From NCBI GenBank assembly GCA_046160425.1, contig JBJXGP010000363.1:1061-65060 (forward strand): a DNA stretch of 64,000 nt, in the 5' to 3' direction. Shown here piece after piece: positions 28,132 through 35,823 of this stretch. How positions within the stretch are numbered: the first letter of the stretch is position 1; every line of letters begins with the position of its first letter. The notes beneath the pieces were generated by a model. That model did no database searches, was not told the DNA's origin, and was given only the letters and a program-made list of their open reading frames with translations. The stretch comes from Planctomycetaceae bacterium (GTDB lineage Bacteria; Planctomycetota; Planctomycetia; Planctomycetales; Planctomycetaceae). The position numbers were made by a program, and so were the translations under genes.

Positions 28132-28350
28132 ATGGTTGCCAGATACACTGCGGTCATCCAACAGTATGGTGAGTGGTGGATCGGCTGGGTGGAAGAAGTA
28201 TCGGGTGTCAATTCACAGGGTGCCTCTCGCGAAGAATTACTCGATAATCTCCGCGACGCTCTGGATGAAGCGATTGAAATGAATCGGGTTGAAGCCCGCT
28301 CGGCGGCGGCAAAAGCCGGTGCATTCGAGGAAGTTGAGTTGGTGCCGTAA
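28132..28350 (+). CDS. hicB: HicB-family antitoxin (short UPF0150-type), no intact HicA partner
   Basis: MVARYTAVIQQYGEWWIGWVEEVSGVNSQGASREELLDNLRDALDEAIEMN is the typical short HicB pattern. The ORF track starts at GTG 28102; I prefer ATG 28132. Confidence 0.7.
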   Translation: MVARYTAVIQQYGEWWIGWVEEVSGVNSQGASREELLDNLRDALDEAIEMNRVEARSAAAKAGAFEEVELVP

Positions 28351-28374
28351 ATCGACGCGACTTGATTCGCGACA

Positions 28375-28506
28375 GGTCATCCGGGAGACCTCGCCGCCAC
28401 GATCTATCGGCATATGGAAGTTCCGGTCGACGGCTACTACGTCGACCCCCGCGGCCGCCCGGTCCCAATCGTGAACCAGGGGCATCCGATTGTGGAGTTG
28501 TTCTGA
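28375..28506 (+). pseudogene. detached, diverged copy of the last ~43 codons of a DUF1501 gene
   Basis: Aligns base by base with 27380..27512, the 3-prime end of the DUF1501 gene at 26043..27512. There is one 1-nt indel and 15 substitutions. It encodes PGDLAATIYRHMEVPVDGYYVDPRGRPVPIVNQGHPIVELF* versus PGDLAATIYRHMEVPVDGFYLDPRGRPNPIVNQGHPIAELF*. Confidence 0.85.
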
Positions 28507-28519
28507 AGGGGACTCAACG

Positions 28520-28775
28520 ATGTCATTGGCAAACTCGGTCATGAAGGGAGTGATACACGGCAATGTGGTCACACTCGACGAGGACGCTGGCCTGCCGGAC
28601 GGGCAAGAAGTCAATGTGACGCTTCAGCCTATGGCGAAAGCGGAATCTCGCCTCTCCGGGGAAGGACTGCGACAGTCGTTCGGGGCATGGGAGGAGGACT
28701 CCGGCGAGGTTAGATCGGTATTTGGAGTGGAATCGCCAGCAGCGAAAGCTGGGGCGCCCGGGGATTGAAGCGTGA
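28520..28775 (+). pseudogene. small antitoxin-like gene (DUF104-like N-terminus), probably frameshifted near 28699-28709
   Basis: MSLANSVMKGVIHGNVVTLDEDAGLPDGQEVNVTLQP...GEGLRQSFGAWEED, then a low-complexity tail. A second frame open from 28620 encodes ...LDRYLEWNRQQRKLGRPGIEA* and ends in a GTGA stop/start overlap at 28772-28775. Confidence 0.45.
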
Positions 28776-28824
28776 GCTACTTGCTCACCCGCCGTCGTGA
28801 ACGGACTCAAGCAGGAAAATTTAG

Positions 28825-30432
28825 TCAATTCACCGCGTGTATGATGTTCACATATCCTTCGGCGCTCAGCATTTCACTGGCCTCTTCAAACGCTTTGTCC
28901 CAAGAAAAAACTTTCGCTTGCTGCCGGTTCACGCAGATCGATTTCACAGTTCGAATATCTTCGACGTCAATTCTGAGCCGAATTTCGTCATTAAGTCGCT
29001 CGATGATTTCCGCGTTGCCGCGAACACAGACGAGTTCGCCATAATACAATGGGCCAATCGGAATAAAGTAAGGTGAAAGCATCGTTGCAGGCAATTTGAG
29101 ATCCAGACCTTTCTTCGGCACTCGAACTTCAGCTCGTAGATCTTCACAAGGGATCTGACGTCGTGCTGCCATCAGCAATTGCGCAGCGGGGCCATATCGC
29201 CTGATGTCAGCGATTGAAACCTCGATCGCATCGTCTACTCCAACCTCCTTACCGAAATCGGCAAAATCGCAACCCAACCGAAGGAGCCGATGCACATCGG
29301 GATGGAGTCCAGTAAGAGGGCCGATGGTGCCGAGTGAAGCGTGTATGTTATTGAACTGCACTTCAATAGATGAAGCGTCGGTTTGAGCTTCAGTGAGAAT
29401 TCGGACAAATGCAAAAGATAAGCGAAGTTCACCGACAGTCAGCGTACGTTCATCCGAAAGATTGCGAAGTGTCAATCGTGCGTCTTTCCCACGTCCCTCG
29501 AGGACTAAATCAATGAGGTCCGACTCAAAGCGAATTATTTCGAACTCTTCTGGAAGCATCGGAAAGGCACTTGCCGAATATCGCATTCTTACTCGTAATG
29601 CAACGGCTTTACCTTGAGCCGAGTCGTTGACGATCAGCGTGGCGGCATTTTGATCTTTCGAGGGACCAATGCTCACCTTTGCGGAATCACCCAAATTAAA
29701 ACGTGCATCGTCGATTTCGATTCCAAATCGTGTGGTTGTGCCACGAACGTTGAATACCTCAACAGATTTATCCAAGCCAACTGCTGCGCGAGCAATCTTG
29801 CGGTAAAGTTCGTCGCGGGTCGCCGCTTGAAAAGTGAATTTAACGTGCTGTGTCGCGTCCTCCATCCCTGCGAGTTCAAACCATTTATGTTTTTGCTTTG
29901 CGTACTCCAGAGCATCATCGCCAACGCATCGATAGATGTGGGTTTTCAAAGACTCTGGATAAGGTGGAGTCAGCAGAACTCCGTCGCCATTCTTGATCGA
30001 AAGGGTACATTTGTTTAACGCCTTGTTTCCGCGCCGGTTTAATTCGAAAAGTCGCTTGAGAATGCGTTCGGTTAAGGCTGCGTCGACATGGATCAGGTGA
30101 ACCTGTTTAGGATCACACGTCGAGGGGTCCAAATCTAGAAAAAGGAAGAACCATGGAAAAACACTTTCAACTGCTTTCTTACAATTGCTCAGCTTTATCG
30201 TATGAGACCTCACGGACTTGGTCGTAGACTTCACTTGAATTTTTGTCTCAAACTGTTTGACGATTTCACCAAACTCTCCGACCTTGCCGTCTTGTCGTGA
30301 AAACTCAAACTGATGATCCCAGCCGTCTCGGTCTCGCTTCACAGGCGTAACCGTGAAGCCGGCAATTGTCCCCCACGATTCTACGACACTTTCGGCGGAG
30401 TCGGATGATCTCGACAAGTATTCCTCCATCAC
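28825..30432 (-). CDS. 535-aa orphan protein: N-terminal DUF4365/Mrr-like PD-(D/E)xK nuclease signature plus ~400 aa uncharacterised region
   Basis: Long uninterrupted ORF in markedly low-GC DNA (about 40-48% on hand-counted lines, versus ~60% in the flanks). The N-terminus ...SAESVVESWGTIAGFTVTPVKRDRDGWDHQFEF...KQFETKIQVKSTTK follows the D..G(W/I)D...E...(I/V)QVKS(T) pattern of DUF4365/Mrr-type restriction-endonuclease-like domains. I recognise nothing in the remainder. Confidence 0.6.
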   Translation of the reverse strand: MMEEYLSRSSDSAESVVESWGTIAGFTVTPVKRDRDGWDHQFEFSRQDGKVGEFGEIVKQFETKIQVKSTTKSVRSHTIKLSNCKKAVESVFPWFFLFLDLDPSTCDPKQVHLIHVDAALTERILKRLFELNRRGNKALNKCTLSIKNGDGVLLTPPYPESLKTHIYRCVGDDALEYAKQKHKWFELAGMEDATQHVKFTFQAATRDELYRKIARAAVGLDKSVEVFNVRGTTTRFGIEIDDARFNLGDSAKVSIGPSKDQNAATLIVNDSAQGKAVALRVRMRYSASAFPMLPEEFEIIRFESDLIDLVLEGRGKDARLTLRNLSDERTLTVGELRLSFAFVRILTEAQTDASSIEVQFNNIHASLGTIGPLTGLHPDVHRLLRLGCDFADFGKEVGVDDAIEVSIADIRRYGPAAQLLMAARRQIPCEDLRAEVRVPKKGLDLKLPATMLSPYFIPIGPLYYGELVCVRGNAEIIERLNDEIRLRIDVEDIRTVKSICVNRQQAKVFSWDKAFEEASEMLSAEGYVNIIHAVN

Positions 30433-30595
30433 CTTCAGGCCTTAGACCTACTTCGCAAAAACATCTTCTCACAACGGGTTAGCTGGCCAAGTGGAACACA
30501 CACTCAAGGAACAAATGCCGTTTTACCAGTCAGGGTTGCAACGCTTCAAGTCTTTTCGCGAGCGCCGGGGTTTGAATGAACGAGAAATTTAGGAC

Positions 30596-30614
30596 GGCGG
30601 GGATAAACCCCGCC
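30596..30614 (-). terminator. 3-prime stem-loop after the DUF1501 gene at 30630 (7-bp stem, ATAAA loop on the plus strand, no U-tract)
   Basis: GGCGGGG-ATAAA-CCCCGCC, 16 nt downstream of the minus-strand stop. Confidence 0.3.
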
Positions 30615-30629
30615 GCTCGGGCGCGAATC

Positions 30630-32063
30630 TCACCCCAACACGCCCCACACAGGCTCGCCGGTAGTCAGCAGATACGGCCGGCCTTCGTTGTCGTGGAGTT
30701 CGGTGCGGGGGTCGATTCCCAGGAGATGGTAGATCGTCGCCGAGAGATCGGCGGGGGTCACTGGATCGCGGAGCGGATATGCCGCCTCTTTGTCGGAAGC
30801 GCCGTATACCGCGCCGCCGGGGAGGCCCGCTCCCGCCAAAATAACAGTGTTGCACGGAGCCCAGTGATCGCGGCCGGCGTTGCTGTTGATCTTCGGGGTG
30901 CGGCCAAATTCGCCCATCCAGACGATGAGCGTGTCATCCCACATGCCGCGCGACTGCAAGTCGTCGATCAATGCCGAAAAGCCGCGATCCAGATTCGGCA
31001 GCAGCTTTTCCTTGAGATCCTTGAAGTTGTTCGCGTGCGTATCCCAATACGCGTCGTCTCGCTCCCAGTTGACCGTGACGAGCGAGACCCCGGCTTCCAG
31101 CAATCGCCTCGCGAGCAGGCATCCCTGACCGAACGGCGTGCGTCCGAAATTGTCGCGGAGTGTTTCCGATTCCGCCGAGAGATCGAAGGCGCGGCTGACG
31201 GATGACGACGTCAACAGATCGAATGCCTGATCGTATTGCGTCCGCAGATCGACGACGTGCGATTCGTTTTGCACACGGACAAAATCGAGTTCCATCCGCC
31301 GCAATAACTCGCGGCGGTCGAGCAGTCGTTCCAGACGGTCTTGCCGCGAGAACGGGGCGAAATCGATCTTGTGCGGGGCATCGGAGACGAACAGCGGATC
31401 GTAACGGGTGCCGAGATATCCGCCGAAAAAACCGGGGAAGATATGATTGTTCGCCGAGACCTGATTCGCCGGCGCATTGAGACTGACGGCGTGCGGAAGC
31501 CCCACAAGTTTCGCCGCTCTTTCGTCGCGCGATTCAGAGTCTGCACGATCGATTTGCTGATTCGCCTCGTGAAGGTAATTCACGACCGAACCGAAGCAGG
31601 GGGTATCGTCTGGCGAGTTTTGCGGATTGGTCGCCGGTCGGCGATGCCGCACTCCGGTGAGCATCGCGTGCATAGCGACGGTGTGCGTGTTGTCGGGATG
31701 CGTCACCGAACGGAGTTGACAGAGGTGCTGAGTGCGTTGCGAGAGCATCGGCAGATGTTCGCAGACCTGCATGCCGGGGGTGGCCGATGCGATCGGCGAG
31801 AACTCCCCACGAATTTCGACGGGTGAAGCGGGTTTCAAATCCCAGGTGTCCTGATGGGCGGGGGCACCGAACATGAAGAGCACGATGCAACGTTTAGCCC
31901 GGCCGAATGACGAACCGTGAGCTGCGCGGAGATCCGGCTCACCGAGAACTCGGCCGACATGCAAATCGGGGAGGGTCAGACCGATTCCGCCCAGTCCGCC
32001 GATGGCGAGCCAATCCCGGCGGGAGAGTTGCCAACGGCTCGGTGTGCGATGAATGCGATTCAT
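30630..32063 (-). CDS. DUF1501 domain protein (third paralogue)
   Basis: SRRDWLAIGGLGGIGL...IVLFMFGAPAHQDTWDLKP...GEFGRTPKINSNAGRDHW... Start placed at MNRIHRT (ATG 32063); the ORF track extends to 32132. Confidence 0.85.
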   Translation of the reverse strand: MNRIHRTPSRWQLSRRDWLAIGGLGGIGLTLPDLHVGRVLGEPDLRAAHGSSFGRAKRCIVLFMFGAPAHQDTWDLKPASPVEIRGEFSPIASATPGMQVCEHLPMLSQRTQHLCQLRSVTHPDNTHTVAMHAMLTGVRHRRPATNPQNSPDDTPCFGSVVNYLHEANQQIDRADSESRDERAAKLVGLPHAVSLNAPANQVSANNHIFPGFFGGYLGTRYDPLFVSDAPHKIDFAPFSRQDRLERLLDRRELLRRMELDFVRVQNESHVVDLRTQYDQAFDLLTSSSVSRAFDLSAESETLRDNFGRTPFGQGCLLARRLLEAGVSLVTVNWERDDAYWDTHANNFKDLKEKLLPNLDRGFSALIDDLQSRGMWDDTLIVWMGEFGRTPKINSNAGRDHWAPCNTVILAGAGLPGGAVYGASDKEAAYPLRDPVTPADLSATIYHLLGIDPRTELHDNEGRPYLLTTGEPVWGVLG

Positions 32064-32248
32064 GGGGAGAATCGATCCTGGGAAATCGTAAGACGGTTGA
32101 TACGTGCCGATTCGTGGATAAGATGACTGCAATGCCAGTCTATCCCACCAATTCAGGGATTGTCGAGTCCGAAGATCGCTTCCGGGGGAAGTAACGGGGA
32201 GAATGCGAAAAATTCAGCAGAAGTACCGAACTGGCATCCATCGGTTGC

Positions 32249-32278
32249 TTGACAGTGATTTTCCGGTTCGCGTACCAT
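32249..32278 (+). promoter_or_regulatory. candidate sigma70-type promoter for rpmF-plsX
   Basis: TTGACA (32249-32254), an 18-nt spacer, then TACCAT (32273-32278), about 140 nt upstream of the rpmF ATG. Confidence 0.3.
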
Positions 32279-32417
32279 GCACGGTCTTCATTGGTCGCGA
32301 CATTACCGATCGCGGGGCATGCAGTTGCAATGAAGCATCAGGAGCCGGGTCAGTACCACATGGCAAGCAGGCTCCGAACATGAAACGTTAAGCCTATTTA
32401 GAACGAATGGTTGGATC

Positions 32418-32597
32418 ATGGCAGTCCCTAAGCGTAGAAGCTCAAAATCAAAAATTCGTCAACGCAGAAGTCATAATGCGATAAAACCTCAACAACTCGC
32501 GCACTGTCCACAATGCGGGACGACGGTACCCTCACACATCGTCTGCCCGAATTGTGGTTACTATCAGGGCCGGACGGTTGTCGAAACTGAGGATTAA
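32418..32597 (+). CDS. rpmF: 50S ribosomal protein L32
   Basis: Hand translation gives MAVPKRRSSKSKIRQRRSHNAIKPQQLAHCPQCGTTVPSHIVCPNCGYYQGRTVVETED*. At 59 aa it is below the ORF-track cutoff. It has the canonical MAVPKRR start and CxxC...CxxC, and sits immediately upstream of plsX as in many bacteria. Confidence 0.9.
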   Translation: MAVPKRRSSKSKIRQRRSHNAIKPQQLAHCPQCGTTVPSHIVCPNCGYYQGRTVVETED

Positions 32598-32602
32598 CCT
32601 TC

Positions 32603-33625
32603 ATGCGCATCGCTCTCGACGCGATGGGGGGTGACTTCGCTCCTGCCCCCAATGTTCACGGCGCAATCGCCGCTCTGAAATCTCAGCCGGAACTGGAAGT
32701 GCTCCTGGTCGGCGACGTCGCCGCACTCGAACCGCTGCTTTCGGAAAGCGGATACTCCGGCGAGCGTTTGGCCGTTCATCCCGCCGAAGGTTTCGTCGGG
32801 ATGGAAGAAAAGCCGACGGAAGCTCTCCGTAGAAAACCCAACAGTTCGATTTCCGTCTGCTGGAAATTGATGGCGAGCCGCGACGTCGACGCGGTCGTCA
32901 GCGCGGGAAACACCGGTGCGGTCGTCGCCGCGGGATTGAGAACGCGGTTGTTTCTTCCCGGAGTCAAGCGTCCCGGTATCGCAGTCGCCTTGCCGACGCT
33001 GCGCGGCCGCACGCTGCTGCTGGACGTCGGGGCCAATCCCGCCGCACGTCCGGAACATCTCTATCAATACGGCATCATGGGGCAGATATTCGCCCGTGAG
33101 ATCATGGGAATTCCCGAACCTCGCGTCGGCCTGATGAACATCGGCAGCGAGGACGGAAAAGGGAACGATCTGTATCGCGAAACGCACAGCTTTCTGGTTT
33201 CGAGCTCGCTGAAAGATTGTTACATCGGCAATGTCGAAGGCCGTGGACTGTATCAGGGCGAAGCCGACGTCGTGATCTGCGAGGGTTTCGTGGGGAATGT
33301 CGTTCTCAAGGTCAGCGAAGGAATGGCCGACTTCATGATGAAAGCGATCGCCCATTCGGTGATCGGCGCGCTGGATCAGGAACGCGATCAAGCGCATACC
33401 GCGCTCAAGAAGCTGGCCAAGAGTTACGAATATCACGAAGAAGGGGGTGCGCCCCTCCTTGGTATCGACGGAGTCTGCATGATCTGTCACGGCTCGAGCA
33501 ATGCCCGCTCGATCGAAAATGCCCTGAAACGTGCGATGGCGTTCAAAGATAGTGGGCTGAATGCGCTCATCACAGCATCGCTGACCGAGGCCGCGGACGG
33601 CGAGATGACGGTCCGCAGCGCCTGA
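32603..33625 (+). CDS. plsX: phosphate acyltransferase PlsX
   Basis: MRIALDAMGGDFAPAPNV...VVSAGNTGA...GFVGNVVLK... are canonical PlsX blocks. Confidence 0.9.
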   Translation: MRIALDAMGGDFAPAPNVHGAIAALKSQPELEVLLVGDVAALEPLLSESGYSGERLAVHPAEGFVGMEEKPTEALRRKPNSSISVCWKLMASRDVDAVVSAGNTGAVVAAGLRTRLFLPGVKRPGIAVALPTLRGRTLLLDVGANPAARPEHLYQYGIMGQIFAREIMGIPEPRVGLMNIGSEDGKGNDLYRETHSFLVSSSLKDCYIGNVEGRGLYQGEADVVICEGFVGNVVLKVSEGMADFMMKAIAHSVIGALDQERDQAHTALKKLAKSYEYHEEGGAPLLGIDGVCMICHGSSNARSIENALKRAMAFKDSGLNALITASLTEAADGEMTVRSA

Positions 33626-33821
33626 CGGACGGTTCCTCTCGTGCGTTCCGATTGATTCGTGTGCGAATCGCGAAATTCCAATATCCTGTTGGCACTGCAT
33701 GTCTCTGTTTTGACAGCAACAGGCCGGATGGATATCTTTTCCACTGGGAAGTTTTCTCAACCGGTCGATTTCACCTCCGGTAAAAACATTCGCGATCAGA
33801 TTGTTCATATTGAGGTCATCT

Positions 33822-34730
33822 GTGAGCAAAATTGGATTCCTTTATCCGGGGCAGGGGGCACAGCACGTCGGCATGGGTCAGCGGTTGGCTGCCGATTATC
33901 CCGCCGCGAAAGCCTTGTACGATCGGGCATCGGAGATTCTCGGTTACGATCTGGCCAAAACCTGCTTCGAAGGGCCGGCCGATGTCCTCGATTCGACCTC
34001 GGTCAGTCAGCCGGCGATCTTCGTCACCAGTCTGGCCGCTCTGGAAAAACTGCGGGCCGATTCTCCCGACGTCGTGCTCTCTTGTGAAATGGCGGCCGGA
34101 CTGAGCCTGGGCGAATACACCGCATTGGTATTCGCCGGCGTCATGACGTTCGAAGAAGGTCTGCGCGTCGTCCAGCGCCGCGGCGCGGCGATGCAGGCGG
34201 CATCGGATGCCACTCCTTCGGGGATGGTCAGCATTCTGCTCCTCTCGCGCGAACAGGTCGAACAGATCTGCGTCGAGTCACAGTCGGCTGGCAAATTGCA
34301 AATCGCGAATTATCTCTGTCCTGGTAATATCGTCGTCTCCGGAGAAAACGCCGCGTGCCTCAAGGCCGCGGAACTCGCCGACAAGTACGGCGGACGAGCG
34401 GTCCCGTTGGCGGTCGCTGGCGCGTTTCATACCTCCATCATGAAGCCCGCTGACGTACAACTCGCGGAAGCGTTGGCGGGAGTTCCGCTGCGAAAGCCGG
34501 AAATTCCCGTGATTTCCAACGTTGATGCCCAAACCCACGACGATCCCGACGAAATTCGAGATCTTTTGATCCGTCAGGTGCTGAATCCCGTTCTGTGGGA
34601 AGACTCGCTGCGGGCCATGATCGCCGCCGGAGTCGACGAATTTTACGAAATCGGACCGGGAAAAGTCTTGCGCGGTTTACTGAAACGGGTCGATCGCCAG
34701 GCCGTATGCACAACGGTCAACGACAGTTAG
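33822..34730 (+). CDS. fabD: malonyl-CoA:ACP transacylase
   Basis: (V/M)SKIGFLYPGQGAQHVGMG...AAGLSLGEYTALVFAG...GAFHTSIM... Start placed at GTG 33822, with GAGG 7 nt upstream; the ORF-track TTG start is at 33801. Confidence 0.85.
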   Translation: MSKIGFLYPGQGAQHVGMGQRLAADYPAAKALYDRASEILGYDLAKTCFEGPADVLDSTSVSQPAIFVTSLAALEKLRADSPDVVLSCEMAAGLSLGEYTALVFAGVMTFEEGLRVVQRRGAAMQAASDATPSGMVSILLLSREQVEQICVESQSAGKLQIANYLCPGNIVVSGENAACLKAAELADKYGGRAVPLAVAGAFHTSIMKPADVQLAEALAGVPLRKPEIPVISNVDAQTHDDPDEIRDLLIRQVLNPVLWEDSLRAMIAAGVDEFYEIGPGKVLRGLLKRVDRQAVCTTVNDS

Positions 34731-34798
34731 CAGGCCGTTGAAAATTGGTGCTGCGCCTGGTTTGACCGGCTGTGAGGTTGATTGTCGTTGTGAAAACA

Positions 34799-34819
34799 CC
34801 GGGTGGATAAACCACCCGG
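34799..34819 (+). terminator. 3-prime stem-loop after fabD (8-bp stem, ATAAA loop, no U-tract)
   Basis: CCGGGTGG-ATAAA-CCACCCGG, about 70 nt downstream of the fabD stop. Confidence 0.3.
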
Positions 34820-34894
34820 CTCATGGCTATTAGCATTTGACCATTTTTCAACGAGCTGTTAGCCGTAAACAGACGGCGTAGATAAGGTTCTTGC

Positions 34895-35431
34895 ATGTCT
34901 CAACTGGGTGATCCGCGGCATCGGGAAATACGACAACTGCTCCGCATCGTCGGATCGCTCGTTTTATTGTGCGGAGTGGTCATGGTCGCCATCGGGATGG
35001 GGAATTTCTTTTATTCCTTTGGTTCGTTCGGCCCACCGCGATATTTCTGGTGCGCATTTGTCGGTATGCCGTTGATTTTCGTCGGGGCAATTTTGGCCAA
35101 ATTCGCGTATCTTGGCTCAATCACCCGATTCATGGCTGAAGAAGTCACTCCGGTCGGAATAGACACATTCAATACGATGGCCGACGGAACCAGTGCCGCC
35201 GTGCGTGATATCGCCTCGGCTGTCGGTGCGGGATTACACGCCGGTCTTCACAGAGATGCAAACGAGCGAGCGATGCGCTGCCATCAATGCCATGACGAAA
35301 ACCCTGCCGATGCGAAGTTCTGCCAATCGTGCGGCACATCGCTTTCCGAGAACCGCCTGTGCGCTCAATGCGGCGAGGTCTGCGAACCCGAGGCGAAGTT
35401 CTGTCACCAATGCGGTACGGTGCGGGGTTAG
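34895..35431 (+). CDS. membrane protein with C-terminal double zinc-ribbon
   Basis: Two or three hydrophobic helices, then CHQCHDENPADAKFCQSCGTSL...CAQCGEVCEPEAKFCHQCG. Confidence 0.65.
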   Translation: MSQLGDPRHREIRQLLRIVGSLVLLCGVVMVAIGMGNFFYSFGSFGPPRYFWCAFVGMPLIFVGAILAKFAYLGSITRFMAEEVTPVGIDTFNTMADGTSAAVRDIASAVGAGLHAGLHRDANERAMRCHQCHDENPADAKFCQSCGTSLSENRLCAQCGEVCEPEAKFCHQCGTVRG

Positions 35432-35823
35432 ACAAGAGAGTTAGTCTTGTAAGAAAGCATGTCGATCAGCGGTTGACTCTCTCCGATGCGTATAGCCCCA
35501 TTTGATGAATCTCCGAGAATAGCGGCTGGAAGTCCTGTCGTATTCGCGTAAAATCTATACACATGTCTTCATGCGGTTTCATCAGATAACCAGCCGAAGT
35601 GACTTGATGCCTTTCGACGGACTGTGGTAAAACAACTCGCGTGACGGGGGAATTCCACACTCTGGGAATTTTCCGGAAACTGGCGTTCATTTGCGATTTA
35701 CAGAATCGCCGTGTTCCGTTATATGAGCACCACTTTCATCGCGATGGATATGGGTGGGGTGCGTTCTCAAAAATCCGGGACCATTCTGCCAAGCCAATAC
35801 AAGCTGCTAGAGGAGAGCACACA

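Noticed and set aside
27943-28161. 72-aa minus-strand ORF next to hicB, considered as a possible HicA
   Set aside because: It is on the wrong strand, overlaps the DUF5615 gene, and has no HicA-like motif (no K/R-R-D-L..L and no G.H core).
28772-29044. 90-aa plus-strand ORF starting VSYLLT...
   Set aside because: Beyond the first ~15 codons it is simply antisense to the 3-prime end of the 535-aa gene. At most the first few codons are a relic of a PIN toxin start, and they also form a GTGAGC/GCTCAC hairpin. It is not a functional gene.
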